From Spirochaetia bacterium (GTDB taxonomy: Bacteria > Spirochaetota > Spirochaetia > DSM-16054 > Sediminispirochaetaceae): a stretch of 64,000 bases of DNA. The notes beneath the pieces were generated by a model. That model was not told the DNA's origin. It searched no databases and saw nothing but the letters and a program-made list of their open reading frames with translations. Every line of letters starts with the position of its first letter. Within the stretch, counting starts at the first letter, position 1. The position numbers were made by a program, and so were the translations under genes. The stretch is from contig JAXHMY010000002.1 in the NCBI GenBank assembly GCA_034520965.1, positions 64,001-128,000 of the forward strand, given 5' to 3'. Positions 31,404-41,735 of this stretch are shown in pieces.

Positions 31404-32471
31404 ATGAATAGATATGTACTTCTGCTTTTTATAACAAGCATACTCGTGTTCAGCAACGGGATAATTTTTTCCCGGGAGCAGCCCGAACTTTCGGATCTAG
31501 TGGGGACAGCGGAGTTTTTTCCAAACCTGCAGGCGGAGTATAGTTCAGCGGCTTCTCCTCAGGAGGCGCTTGAACTTATCCGTAAGTTCTTACCTACAGT
31601 CGATCAAAACGAGCATCGCCATAAGCTGCTGCTGGATATGGCCAAAATAGAGGAACAGATAGGCAGACTGCAGGATGCACAGCTGCACTATCAGTCGGCC
31701 GCTTTTGCTCCTAGTGGGAAACGTGATTTTCGCGCCCTGTACCTCTCAGCCTTGCTCTTGATCGAGTTTGCAGACTTTGAACAGGCTTTCCTTCAATGCC
31801 GTCATATAGTCCGGGAAAGTACGGATACAGAACTGGCTCACATGGCTCGCATGCAGGAAGCTCGTATACTTCAGCACCAAGATCGTGAGGCGGAAGCAGC
31901 CACGATTCTTCACTCTCTCTACGAGATCCGTGGTCAACTGCCGGCAGAAGTGCTCTACGGTATGTATGTACTTTATGCATCTCAACCTGAGATGTCCGAT
32001 ACAAAGATAAAAAGCATTACCCAGCAGTTAAAATCGCGCTTTCCCGATTCTCCCGAATATGGCCTTTTGCAGGAGCAGGTTAAACGAAAACCAACCGCCG
32101 AGATTGCCCTGGGGATGCTGAGTGTTCCAGATTCTCTTCAGACCCACGATGATGCGGTATCGGACACACTGATTCAGTCTACAGAAAAATCTTCTTCAAG
32201 TGACGCTTCAGATGGGGAGGGCAAAGCCGGCGAAAATAAGCAGAATCAGAAGAGTCACGCTATTCAGACAGGCTCTTTCAGAGACGCGGAAAACGCCCAC
32301 TACATGCAGCGGGAACTGGAGAAGCAAGGTTTTACCGCAATGGTGGTTCAAGCCGATGTGAACGGCTCAACTTTTTACCGGGTGTTGGTCCCGATTGCAT
32401 ATGGTGAAACGGAAGAGGAGATAGTACTTCAGTTAAAAGAGAAGAGTTTTGAGGGGTATCCGGTCTACTGA
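31404..32471 (+). CDS. TPR-like plus SPOR domain exported protein
   Basis: Signal peptide; C-terminal AIQTGSFRDAENA…FYRVLV SPOR signature. Confidence 0.85.
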   Translation: MNRYVLLLFITSILVFSNGIIFSREQPELSDLVGTAEFFPNLQAEYSSAASPQEALELIRKFLPTVDQNEHRHKLLLDMAKIEEQIGRLQDAQLHYQSAAFAPSGKRDFRALYLSALLLIEFADFEQAFLQCRHIVRESTDTELAHMARMQEARILQHQDREAEAATILHSLYEIRGQLPAEVLYGMYVLYASQPEMSDTKIKSITQQLKSRFPDSPEYGLLQEQVKRKPTAEIALGMLSVPDSLQTHDDAVSDTLIQSTEKSSSSDASDGEGKAGENKQNQKSHAIQTGSFRDAENAHYMQRELEKQGFTAMVVQADVNGSTFYRVLVPIAYGETEEEIVLQLKEKSFEGYPVY

Positions 32472-34036
32472 TCTTCTATTTTCTCAACTTGTTCATACCG
32501 AAGAGGCTGTTTTGAAGTAGGGACAAAACCGTTTACTCCGATTTTTCCAGGCACCAGGACGATACGCCGGATAATTTCGTTGCTCTTTTGCTCTTCAAAA
32601 TAATCGAATGAATAGCACAGTCGTTCAACTACAATGCCCTGGGAGTTCAAAATCTTCAGTTCCAGCACGTCACTACCCATCGAATAGACGGAAAAGCCTC
32701 CGCTATGCTGCACTCCATTGCGCTCGAGGGTAAAATAGGGTGGTTCAAAAGTAAGTTTATCGCCTACATCACTTTCATAGACACCCGTGAGCCTGGGAAG
32801 ATGTGCATTTCCTTCGTCACCAAAGGAGAGGTCCGTGCTGAGAAAGGTGCTCTGCAGGGAGTCTCCAATTTTCTGGTACATCCCCGACCATGATGTATTG
32901 CTGTCGCGCTGTCCATTATGGGAGTTTATGTCGTAAATCTGTAATCGGACATTGTTAAGATCTTCAATATAAGCAGATATATAGATCCGCATAAAGGGTA
33001 CAATCTCATTCTCCCCTCTGATTGCTAGGCTATTGGCCAAAAACCTTTGAGAGCTGGTCCAGGTGTACACTTCCTGTGCATTTCCGCTGTACAGGGTAAT
33101 AGTCTTCTCGATAGGGTTAAAATGAATCAGTGATCTTTGGCTGTGGGGTGTGTTCCGGCCTGTGTTTTTGGTGTATAACCACGGGCCGCTCAAAAAATCT
33201 TCAAACGTCTCACTCCCGCTCTCAAACAGCTCTTTCAGTCGGCGGTCTTCAACCTCCTGGCCGGAGACCTTTTTCTCGAGCACCTGCTCGTAGCTGCGAG
33301 AATCATTTCGCCAAATATACGTTTTTTTTATTATATCACTCAGGCGGTCGGATTCAGTGTCCGTGCTGCTGGTGACAACGGGAAAACTGCTTCCGTTAGC
33401 AAGACCGTTTTGGTATGACTGACTACGCTTTTCCTGCTGTATTTCGATGGTCCCATCCACTTCAAGTGAAAGTATCCGGTCGAAATAGAGTCCATACTCC
33501 TCGGGAGATGTGGTGCGACGAAAAATATCCATAGTCTGCAGTCCACCGTTATTGAGGCCGCTGCACACAATTTCAAGGTTGTGATCGCCGGTGGTATCGA
33601 TAACAGTAACCTGTAGACCCTTACGGCGTTGTGTGACCGTATCCGACCTCCAGGTAATAGAATATTTATCACGAATGGCATCATAATCTGCTACTAAGAG
33701 GAAGATGTTATTCTTTTCCGACTCTGTATCCTGGGCTACCAGCACCTGCTCCTCATAGCGGTCCAAGTCAAGATTTACATCTACAAGCTGCACCAATTGA
33801 TATCCCGGCGGAAGCTGAACCCGGGGAAATTGCCGATTTTCCTCCTGATAGTCATCGCCGGGGGGGCTTGTAGTGCCTGCTTCCTGGACTTGCTCGGTAT
33901 CCAAGTTGACCTTCTTTGGCTCCTGGAGATAGGGGGAATTATCCTTGGACAAATTGGGATCGCAGGCTGTCAATAAAATTACTGCAACCAATATAACTGG
34001 AAAGAGATGTATTTTCATATTTCGGTATATCTTCAT
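32465..34036 (-). CDS. Pallilysin (Tp0751)-related lipoprotein
   Basis: Lipobox LTA-C; VNLDLDRYEEQVL…VADYD…DTTGDHNLEIV pattern; near the vWA gene and cfpA, as recalled for treponemes. Confidence 0.65.
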   Translation of the reverse strand: MKIYRNMKIHLFPVILVAVILLTACDPNLSKDNSPYLQEPKKVNLDTEQVQEAGTTSPPGDDYQEENRQFPRVQLPPGYQLVQLVDVNLDLDRYEEQVLVAQDTESEKNNIFLLVADYDAIRDKYSITWRSDTVTQRRKGLQVTVIDTTGDHNLEIVCSGLNNGGLQTMDIFRRTTSPEEYGLYFDRILSLEVDGTIEIQQEKRSQSYQNGLANGSSFPVVTSSTDTESDRLSDIIKKTYIWRNDSRSYEQVLEKKVSGQEVEDRRLKELFESGSETFEDFLSGPWLYTKNTGRNTPHSQRSLIHFNPIEKTITLYSGNAQEVYTWTSSQRFLANSLAIRGENEIVPFMRIYISAYIEDLNNVRLQIYDINSHNGQRDSNTSWSGMYQKIGDSLQSTFLSTDLSFGDEGNAHLPRLTGVYESDVGDKLTFEPPYFTLERNGVQHSGGFSVYSMGSDVLELKILNSQGIVVERLCYSFDYFEEQKSNEIIRRIVLVPGKIGVNGFVPTSKQPLRYEQVEKIEDQ

Positions 34037-34040
34037 ACTT

Positions 34041-35030
34041 CTATTGGACTTCCGGAAAGTAAGGTGATAACTTATCTAACACTTTTTGTTTTATTGTTTC
34101 AAGGGGCCAGATGCTCTTAAAACCCGCAGCTGTTTTGTGTCCGCCACCACCGTAGGTCTGGGCAATTTCAGCCACATTTATATTGCCCTTAGAGCGCAGT
34201 GAACATCGCAGAATCCCGGCTTCATTTTCTTTAAAAAACAACGAAACCCTTATCGTTTCACTCTTGAGGGGGACATTTATCAGTGCATCAGCCTCCTCGT
34301 AGATAGCGCCGCACTCGGCAATCATTTCTTTGGTCATGGTCTGTGCAGCCACATGCTGATCATAGAATAGTTCCAAGGTAGAAAGCACTTTTGACTGCAA
34401 ACGCAACGCTGATACTGAATTGCTCTCATATATCTTTTGATATATCTTATTCGGATTCACGCCAACCTTGCTCAAAGTGTAGGCGATCATAAAGGTACGA
34501 GGGCTTGTTTTTGGATAAATAAAGGAGCCGGTATCATACACGATACCCGTAAACAACGCCTCGGCTATCGGGAGAGTCAGTTCAATACCCAAATTTTCAA
34601 ACAGTTCGAATAGAATTTCGCAGGTTGATGAAGCGGATTCTTCAATATGATTTACCTCGACGATATCCTCTTCCGACTCATGATGATCAACGATAAAGTA
34701 GGCTTTTACTTTGGGCAAAACCAGTTCTGCTACCAATCCAATGTTGTGCAAATCGTTTGTATCAAGAATAAGCAGCACGTAATCGGCTATGTCTTCAGGA
34801 AGCTGAGATTCTTCTTTTAAAGTGACAATTGTATCGGCACAGCCTAGAAAAGAATATTTTTGTGCGATGGGATCGCTGTTATACAGTAAAACCTTTTTGC
34901 CTAAAGTTTTAAGCGCTAGAAACAAGGCACATTCGCTGCCGACTGCATCTCCATCGGGAGTTTCATGGACTGTGAGAATAAATTTTTTATTATTTTCGAG
35001 AAAATGAGTCAGACCATCGAAGCCTGCCAT
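34041..35030 (-). CDS. DHH/DHHA1 phosphoesterase (NrnA/DhhP-like)
   Basis: HETPDGDAVGS, VDHH, YDTGSF, SLRS, GGGGHKTAAG. Confidence 0.92.
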   Translation of the reverse strand: MAGFDGLTHFLENNKKFILTVHETPDGDAVGSECALFLALKTLGKKVLLYNSDPIAQKYSFLGCADTIVTLKEESQLPEDIADYVLLILDTNDLHNIGLVAELVLPKVKAYFIVDHHESEEDIVEVNHIEESASSTCEILFELFENLGIELTLPIAEALFTGIVYDTGSFIYPKTSPRTFMIAYTLSKVGVNPNKIYQKIYESNSVSALRLQSKVLSTLELFYDQHVAAQTMTKEMIAECGAIYEEADALINVPLKSETIRVSLFFKENEAGILRCSLRSKGNINVAEIAQTYGGGGHKTAAGFKSIWPLETIKQKVLDKLSPYFPEVQ

Positions 35031-35040
35031 AGCACCTCTC

Positions 35041-35664
35041 TCAGTTACGCTGGTTCCACGCGTTCGTAATTTCAGCTGCTAAACGACGCGCTTTTTCTTC
35101 AACTGTAATACCAAGAATTGAAATTTGCCAACCATTCATTGGAATTTCTTTTTTTGGCTGCAACAGATGATGCTCCAGATCGTAAGTTTTACCTGGGTAA
35201 GGACTGCCGGGAGGACCTTCGTGGTAATTATCTGAAAGCAGGAGTATATAGTGCTGCTCGGTAGGTGGTGCAGCAGAACTTTGTATGGCTTGTTCAAATG
35301 TATCCAGGGCAGAACCGATATCGGTATAGTGTCGATCCGCTTTCAAATTACGGAATTTTTCAGCAAGGGCTTCAATTGTAATATCTTGACCAATTCTCCC
35401 CTGAAATAGCTGCTGCCTGCCCCCATAGAAGCTTAGCGCATAGACAAAGTCATCAGACTGCAGTAAGTTATTACAGACAGTCTGTTCCAGGTAATGATTT
35501 ACAGAGCCAATTTCCTGCTTCATCGACAGCGATTTGTCAATTAGGAGGTATACGCTCAAATTACCTGTCCGGGTATCGGCATCGACTAATTGCACCCCCA
35601 TACCTAGAGCCATGGTAATGGAGACTATGGAGATAAAGAGTTTGAAGTACGTTTGCTTTTTCAT
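35041..35664 (-). CDS. Exported von Willebrand factor A domain protein (Tp0750-like)
   Basis: Signal peptide from ATG 35664; MIDAS DKSLSM, YTDIG, LLSD. Confidence 0.8.
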   Translation of the reverse strand: MKKQTYFKLFISIVSITMALGMGVQLVDADTRTGNLSVYLLIDKSLSMKQEIGSVNHYLEQTVCNNLLQSDDFVYALSFYGGRQQLFQGRIGQDITIEALAEKFRNLKADRHYTDIGSALDTFEQAIQSSAAPPTEQHYILLLSDNYHEGPPGSPYPGKTYDLEHHLLQPKKEIPMNGWQISILGITVEEKARRLAAEITNAWNQRN

Positions 35665-35802
35665 CACATTTATCCTATCATGATTATACAAGTAAAAGAA
35701 GGAGAAAAAATGTATAAAAAAAAAAACGTGCTTTACATTTTGCATAACATATTGATAATCTATTACTATAGTTAGCAGTAAGCGATTTATAAGGAGAGTA
35801 TA

Positions 35803-37878
35803 ATGGGAAGCATAGATTTACCAAAAAGCCCAATGGTGTTTCATCCAACTAAACGAAGTGCAGTTGGTTCTCGAAACTCCTTGGCACAGGAAAGCAGAGA
35901 TCAACAGGAAGAAGTAGATCGTCTTATGGAAGAAGAAGTTGATAAGGTAGTTAACCACGTTGCTTCGAAACTTCCCTCAGACGTGCTCGAACGCCTTGAC
36001 GTAATGGGTGGCCTTAAAGAGAAGCTGTACAATTACTTCAACCAGAATTATCAAAATATGTTCAACCGGTACATAGTTACCTCAGAAGACGAGATGCTCA
36101 AGAAGGTGCGTAATTTTGTTGACCGGGAAGAGATGAAGGTAACCAGCCGATACACTCCAAAAGAGATATCCTCACTTCTGGATGAAGTCGGCGGCATGGA
36201 TCGGTTTAATACCGGTGAGATAGAGAAATCTATTGTCAATATGTATGGGCATTTACAGGGCCATATTCAGCGCGGTATAAACGACCTTGAAAACCTTACT
36301 AACTCCCTGTTACGGCAGAAAACAGATGTAGGCGCATTTATTCGAGGTGAAAATGCCTACTCCGTAGTTAAATGTTCTTTCAAAGACAACATCTACAAAC
36401 CGAAAACAGTCAGTGATGTAAAGCTCTCCGTAAACATTCTTGATTCTGAGCTTATCAGCCCGATCTTCCACTATCAGGCTACCGTGGAATACATTATCAA
36501 GGACCTGTTGTCGAAGCACATCATGGACGAAATCGATAAAGAGATCGAACAGGTTAAGGATGAACAGATTGAGCAGGGTAAGGAAGAGATGAATGACAGC
36601 GAGATCATCTTCGAGAAGATGCGTCGAGTTGAAAACCATACTTCCGATGAAGGTGATGATCCCGATTCCAAGCGCTATTCCATCATAAGCAAGCGCCTAA
36701 TGGACCGGGTAGAAGGTCTGCGGGCCGAAATAGATCCTACAGAGTTTGATTCTCTTAACATTCGTGAAAATCTGAAGAAGATTATCGATCTTGAGAATAT
36801 TCGAAATCGTGGATTCAATACGGCGATTAACAGCATTACCAGTATTCTTGATACCTCTAAAATGGGCTATCAGTACATTGAAAACCTTAAGAATGCCCGT
36901 GAGCTTCTTATTCGCGAGTACGAAGATATGAACTATCGCGAACTCCCGGATGAACGTTATCAGATCAAATTAAAGTATTTTGATAATGCACAGCTGATTG
37001 AAGAGCGTAAAGCTTACGATGTACAGGTGAAGTCCTTTGAAGTAGAAGTGCAGCACTTGTGGGATGTTCTTGAATTGGTCTATGAAGATAAAAAGATGTT
37101 CAAGCGCGTTACCGATTACAACGATCTTGCCAAGATTTACAAAAACAAAATCCGCCGCAAGATTAAAGACAAAACCGGTGATCCCCTCTATGAAGATATC
37201 GACAAAGTGTGGGATGAAATCTCATTCGTAGAACCTGCTGAAACTCAGGTCGAAAAAATGAACCGTACATATGTGTTTGATAAAGATAAAATAGGCAAAA
37301 AACTTGCCCTCATGCAGGATAAGCTTCAAACCATGTACGGATATCGTTATCCGGTTCAGCGCCGTGTAATCGAAGAACGGTTGCAGTTCCTGCAGCAGGA
37401 GTTTAACAAGTTCGATTACTTGATCAATCCCTATCATATTCAGCCGGGTCTGCTGCTTGATGTAGATATCACCTCCATCAAACGTAAAAAGGCTACCCTC
37501 GACGGAATGGCAAATGTATTGAATGAGTTTCTCCATGGAATCTCAAAAGGTTTTCAAGATGCAGCTTTCGCCTCATTCTCCCGTCGTCGATCAACAATAC
37601 GCGAGGATATCGACCAGCATTTTTCAACTGATATGAATGCCGGTGAAGAAGATTCCGGCGAGACGTCCACCAAAGGGAAGGGGTATCTGGATATGCTGAA
37701 CTCTTCCTCGGAGAGTGCCGGTGCATCAGGTAATGAAACAGTGGTAAAAGAAAGCGGTGGAAAGAAGAGTACCAGCAGTAAGAGCGGTACCGGTAAAACC
37801 AGCGGTAAGGGCAGCAGCTCCAGCAAAAAGCGGGGCCGCCCAAAAAAGAAAAAAGATGACGGATTAAAATCTATGTAA
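35803..37878 (+). CDS. cfpA: Cytoplasmic filament protein A
   Basis: N-terminus [59 protein letters not shown], all characteristic of spirochaete CfpA; RBS AAGGAG. Confidence 0.92.
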   Translation: MGSIDLPKSPMVFHPTKRSAVGSRNSLAQESRDQQEEVDRLMEEEVDKVVNHVASKLPSDVLERLDVMGGLKEKLYNYFNQNYQNMFNRYIVTSEDEMLKKVRNFVDREEMKVTSRYTPKEISSLLDEVGGMDRFNTGEIEKSIVNMYGHLQGHIQRGINDLENLTNSLLRQKTDVGAFIRGENAYSVVKCSFKDNIYKPKTVSDVKLSVNILDSELISPIFHYQATVEYIIKDLLSKHIMDEIDKEIEQVKDEQIEQGKEEMNDSEIIFEKMRRVENHTSDEGDDPDSKRYSIISKRLMDRVEGLRAEIDPTEFDSLNIRENLKKIIDLENIRNRGFNTAINSITSILDTSKMGYQYIENLKNARELLIREYEDMNYRELPDERYQIKLKYFDNAQLIEERKAYDVQVKSFEVEVQHLWDVLELVYEDKKMFKRVTDYNDLAKIYKNKIRRKIKDKTGDPLYEDIDKVWDEISFVEPAETQVEKMNRTYVFDKDKIGKKLALMQDKLQTMYGYRYPVQRRVIEERLQFLQQEFNKFDYLINPYHIQPGLLLDVDITSIKRKKATLDGMANVLNEFLHGISKGFQDAAFASFSRRRSTIREDIDQHFSTDMNAGEEDSGETSTKGKGYLDMLNSSSESAGASGNETVVKESGGKKSTSSKSGTGKTSGKGSSSSKKRGRPKKKKDDGLKSM

Positions 37879-37893
37879 TCTGAAATAATTTCA

Positions 37894-37917
37894 CAGCGCC
37901 CCCTTTTGGGGGCGTTG
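37894..37917 (+). terminator. GC-rich hairpin after cfpA (leaky terminator or mRNA-stabilising stem)
   Basis: CAGCGCCCCC-TTTT-GGGGGCGTTG without a clean U-tract. Confidence 0.5.
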
Positions 37918-37949
37918 CTATTTGATTAAAGAATCAAGAGGAAAAAGGT

Positions 37950-38946
37950 ATGGAAGTTCAAAATCAATTCGAACACCTTTCAACCAGGAGTGGTTTTAAT
38001 AAAGCCCTTGGACATTTCAGAAGCATTTCGGAGGTTATCGACCATATTGACGAAGGACGTAACCTTGCCGATTTACTGAATTACTTTTTAGATGAGAAGG
38101 AAATTCAACAGCAGCAAATTCTGCCGACTGTGTTTGCTCTTCTTCATGATAAATACGGTTATTCTTTTCACTCCCATACAATGGAAAAGAGTTTAACCGA
38201 TTTTTCTTACATTCTTAAAGAACTACCGCGATGGAAAGCTGTTGATGTAGTGCTCATTTACTTCCATCCTGATCTGGGAGCTCAAGTTATTAACCCTAAG
38301 AATGAAGACCATTTCGGCTCGCTTAACGTATTAAAAGAAAATGAACTTTTTACCATTTACTGCAGCGCCGGCAATGCCCAGGATGGCGGTAAGAAAGAAC
38401 AAAAGGCATTGCAAACACTAGTAAAAATGCTGAACGGTGCGAAGATAAAAACTCCCGACACGCTTCTAAAAGGAAAATTTAAAGCCAAAACTGTCGAGTT
38501 TGCCACTGAAGAAGAGGATGTTGAGGAAGAAGCTGAAGTTGAAGAAGAAGGAAACAGCAGAAGAGGGTGCCGCTCCAGAAAGTGCTGAGAAGGCCGAAAC
38601 ATCAGAAACCGGAAAACGCAGGATGACGCCTTTCTATTCAATTCCGGTTACTAATGAGCTCTTTCACAATGGAAATGTAGAAGCCTGGAAAAAGGTTATA
38701 CAAAGTTATCAAGCAAAGCATCCCGGTCTTGATGTATATATCTATTACGATGGAGAAAGGATTCATGATATCCATTCCCTTTTCAAGTGGGGCAAAGTCA
38801 AACACGGCAGCACCATACTGGTTGCTGTAGCTGGAGAAGATATTCAAGATGTCGCCAAGCTGCAGCGTTACTTACGCCAGGGTGCCAGCCCGCAGTTTGA
38901 GGCGTTTCTCCGGTATCCTGTAAACACCATACTGAATCTATTCTAG
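37950..38946 (+). CDS. Conserved spirochaete protein: unknown N-domain, acidic linker, C-terminal HPr-like domain; split by a frameshift near 38549
   Basis: ORFs 37950-38588 and 38500-38946 join in a GAA-rich linker (about 332 aa); C-terminal VTNELFH…VKHGSTILVAVAGED. Confidence 0.75.
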
Positions 38947-38954
38947 GGGGTATT

Positions 38955-41597
38955 ATGAATAAAGCAGTACATTTCTTTAGTCGTAATAAATATGTAAAAG
39001 AAACCAAAACTTGGGAGTTGTTCGGCATTCGCGGTAAACAGGCTATGGAGTTTGCCGCGTTAGATCTTCCAATCGTACCCGGTTTTATTCTCGATTCACA
39101 AATAGCCGCACATCTTGATAATTTTAAACTGGCAGCCGAACTTCCGGAATTGATCACACTTTTTGAACAGGAAACCGGTAAAAAGTTCAACGATCCTAAA
39201 AACCCATTGCTTCTGAAGGTGGTTATAAGCCCCAATTTAGCAATTGTTCATTACCCTACGCTCCACAACTTCGGACTTACCGATGAAACCTTGCCTGGTT
39301 TTAGCGATTATGTCGGAGAAGAGTTTAGTTATCATGAAGTTTTGTTCCTAATTCACGGATTGTTCCAAGTAGAACATAAAATTGCCGAGATTCAGGAAGA
39401 TAAAAAAAATATACAACTGTATACTAACAAAATTTCAAGCCTTGAGTCGGTCCTTCACAATGAAACCTCTAGTGCAAAATTAAAGAAAACACTAGAGGAT
39501 ATGCGTTCCTATCTGCCGGACGACTTTTTCTCCAACGCGTATGCACAACTCGAATATTGTCTTCGCCGAATCAGTATACTGCTGAGTATAGACGAACTTG
39601 ACAATGAAGACGCCGCCTTGATTGTTCAGCCCATGGTATACGGAAATTACGGCAGCGATAGTGGCAGCGGTGAATATGCAACCAGAAATCCGGTAACCGG
39701 ACAGGACAAAATATTCGGCTGGTATGTTCCCGATACTTTTAATTCTGAGGAACGTAAAGGCCAGGATGTAGCCGGTTTATCACCAACATATGTAAAAGAG
39801 CTTGAGAAGACAGCCAAAACGGTAGAAGACCATTTTATGGAAATTCGATCAATCCGTTTTACCATTGAAAATAAGAAACTGTGGTTTGTCGATCAGCGTC
39901 CCCTGGTTACCAAATCTACCCAAGCCGATATACAGCTACTTCTAGATTTGCATCGGCGTAAGAAGATAACCGACAATTTCCTCATCCACGCCATCAAGCC
40001 GGATCAGCTAAATGAAATACTCCATCCGGTTATTCATCCTGAGTCTGTAAAAGAGTTCAAAGAGATTAGCGGCGGTATAGCAGGTGCCCCCGGTGCAGCT
40101 ATCGGCAGGGTCTATTTTACGACCGATTCACTTCTGGATGCATATAGAAATGCTCAGCAACAGGGCGAAGACACACAAATGATCCTCTGTATGCCGGCCA
40201 CCTTTGCCGACGATGTGAAGGCTATCGAAGTAGCCTCCGGAGTGCTCTCTTCCGAAGGTGGTTATTCCGCCCATGCCTCGGTAGTTGCACGGCAGTACGG
40301 AAAGGTGTCTCTGGTCCAAAAGGATCTTAAGGTTACCAACAAGAGTGCCAAAATTGGCCAACACACGCTGAAAGAGGGTGATCTGATTACCCTGCAGGTA
40401 CCCCATTACGGTGAGCCCCATATATATCTGGGTCAGGCTGAACTTATTGAACCGGATCCAAAGGATTCAGGTTTATTAGATTTTGTGCATTTGATAAAAA
40501 AACATGTAAAAGACTTCCATGTGCGGGTAAACGCGGATACCGGCAAAGATTCTCAGCTAGCGGTAGCTTTCGGAGCCGAAGGTATCGGCCTCTGTCGTAC
40601 CGAACATATGTTCTTTAAAGAAGAACGAATAAATGTATTCAGACAGATGATCCTCTCTGAGAATGAAACCGATCGTCGAAAGGTTCTTAATAAACTTAAA
40701 AAGATGCAGAAAGACGACTTCTACAGTATCTTCAAAGCCATGAACGGAAAAGAAGTTACCATACGCCTGCTTGATGCTCCTCTGCACGAATTCCTCCCTC
40801 ATAACAAAGCTCAAACCAAGGCTTTTGTAAACTACATGCACACCGAAGCGGGCAACACAAAAATTACGGAAAAACAGGTAAATGATATATCGGAAAGTCT
40901 GCAAGAGTTTAATCCGATGCTGGGCCATCGCGGATGCCGAATTGCGGTTTCTTATCCTGAAATTTACGAGATGCAGGTTGAGGCTGTCTTTGAAGCTGCC
41001 TTTAAGGCTCGCAAGGATGGGGTAAAGGTATATCCGGAAATAATGATCCCTCTGATCATGAACTCCGATGAGCTAAAACTTATTATCTTCGGTAAAAAAA
41101 TTGAAGGAAAGAACTACCGCGGTTTAAGCGATATTGAAGAGGAGGTCCGTAAGAAGCTGAAAGAGAAATCCGAAATGGAACACCATTTCGGTACCATGAT
41201 CGAGCTGCCCGTGGCAGCCCTGGCGGCCGGCGACATCGCCCGCTACGCGGATTTTTTCTCCTTCGGGACTAATGACCTCACTCAAACCACTATCGGCCTC
41301 TCACGGGACGATTATACCTCTTTCATGCCCGATTATACGCTGTTTGACATCATTCCAGGTAATCCCTTCAAAGAATTGGATCCTTATGTAAAAGAATTAA
41401 TCAGCACTGCAGTAAGGCGAGGGAAAATGACACGGCCCGGCTTATCAACCGGTCTTTGCGGAGAACACGGCGCAATACCGCAAAACATTCGCTTCTGCAT
41501 CGATGCCGGCTTGGACTACGTTTCATGTTCGGTATATTCGGTGCCGATTGCGTTGCTGGCGGTTGCCCAGGAAGTTGTGCCTGAAGCAAAAAAGTAG
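38955..41597 (+). CDS. ppdK: Pyruvate phosphate dikinase-like PEP-utilising protein with a degenerate ATP-grasp domain
   Basis: GGYSAHASVVAR (phospho-His), GIGLCRTEHMFF, TIRLLD, NPMLGHRGCR, MIELP, SFGTNDLTQ, GLCGEHG; ATP-site motifs altered. Confidence 0.85.
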   Translation: MNKAVHFFSRNKYVKETKTWELFGIRGKQAMEFAALDLPIVPGFILDSQIAAHLDNFKLAAELPELITLFEQETGKKFNDPKNPLLLKVVISPNLAIVHYPTLHNFGLTDETLPGFSDYVGEEFSYHEVLFLIHGLFQVEHKIAEIQEDKKNIQLYTNKISSLESVLHNETSSAKLKKTLEDMRSYLPDDFFSNAYAQLEYCLRRISILLSIDELDNEDAALIVQPMVYGNYGSDSGSGEYATRNPVTGQDKIFGWYVPDTFNSEERKGQDVAGLSPTYVKELEKTAKTVEDHFMEIRSIRFTIENKKLWFVDQRPLVTKSTQADIQLLLDLHRRKKITDNFLIHAIKPDQLNEILHPVIHPESVKEFKEISGGIAGAPGAAIGRVYFTTDSLLDAYRNAQQQGEDTQMILCMPATFADDVKAIEVASGVLSSEGGYSAHASVVARQYGKVSLVQKDLKVTNKSAKIGQHTLKEGDLITLQVPHYGEPHIYLGQAELIEPDPKDSGLLDFVHLIKKHVKDFHVRVNADTGKDSQLAVAFGAEGIGLCRTEHMFFKEERINVFRQMILSENETDRRKVLNKLKKMQKDDFYSIFKAMNGKEVTIRLLDAPLHEFLPHNKAQTKAFVNYMHTEAGNTKITEKQVNDISESLQEFNPMLGHRGCRIAVSYPEIYEMQVEAVFEAAFKARKDGVKVYPEIMIPLIMNSDELKLIIFGKKIEGKNYRGLSDIEEEVRKKLKEKSEMEHHFGTMIELPVAALAAGDIARYADFFSFGTNDLTQTTIGLSRDDYTSFMPDYTLFDIIPGNPFKELDPYVKELISTAVRRGKMTRPGLSTGLCGEHGAIPQNIRFCIDAGLDYVSCSVYSVPIALLAVAQEVVPEAKK

Positions 41598-41636
41598 TGT
41601 CGCTTTTTAGATGCCTTGTATAGAAGAAATTTAGAA

Positions 41637-41676
41637 GGAGCTGTCCGAGAAGTATCTCAGACAGCTCCGTTTTTTT
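41637..41676 (+). terminator. Intrinsic terminator of the cfpA-ppdK cluster
   Basis: GGAGCTGTC…GACAGCTCC followed by GTTTTTTT. Confidence 0.8.
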
Positions 41677-41735
41677 AAAATATTATTAAAATAATTCCGA
41701 CGGTTCGGCCAGCGCAGGCCTTTACATTGATGGGT

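Noticed and set aside
35716..35726. Poly-A11 upstream of cfpA (and poly-T at 16218-16227) as phase-variation tracts
   Set aside because: More simply AT-rich promoter-upstream elements; homopolymer lengths are unreliable in this assembly
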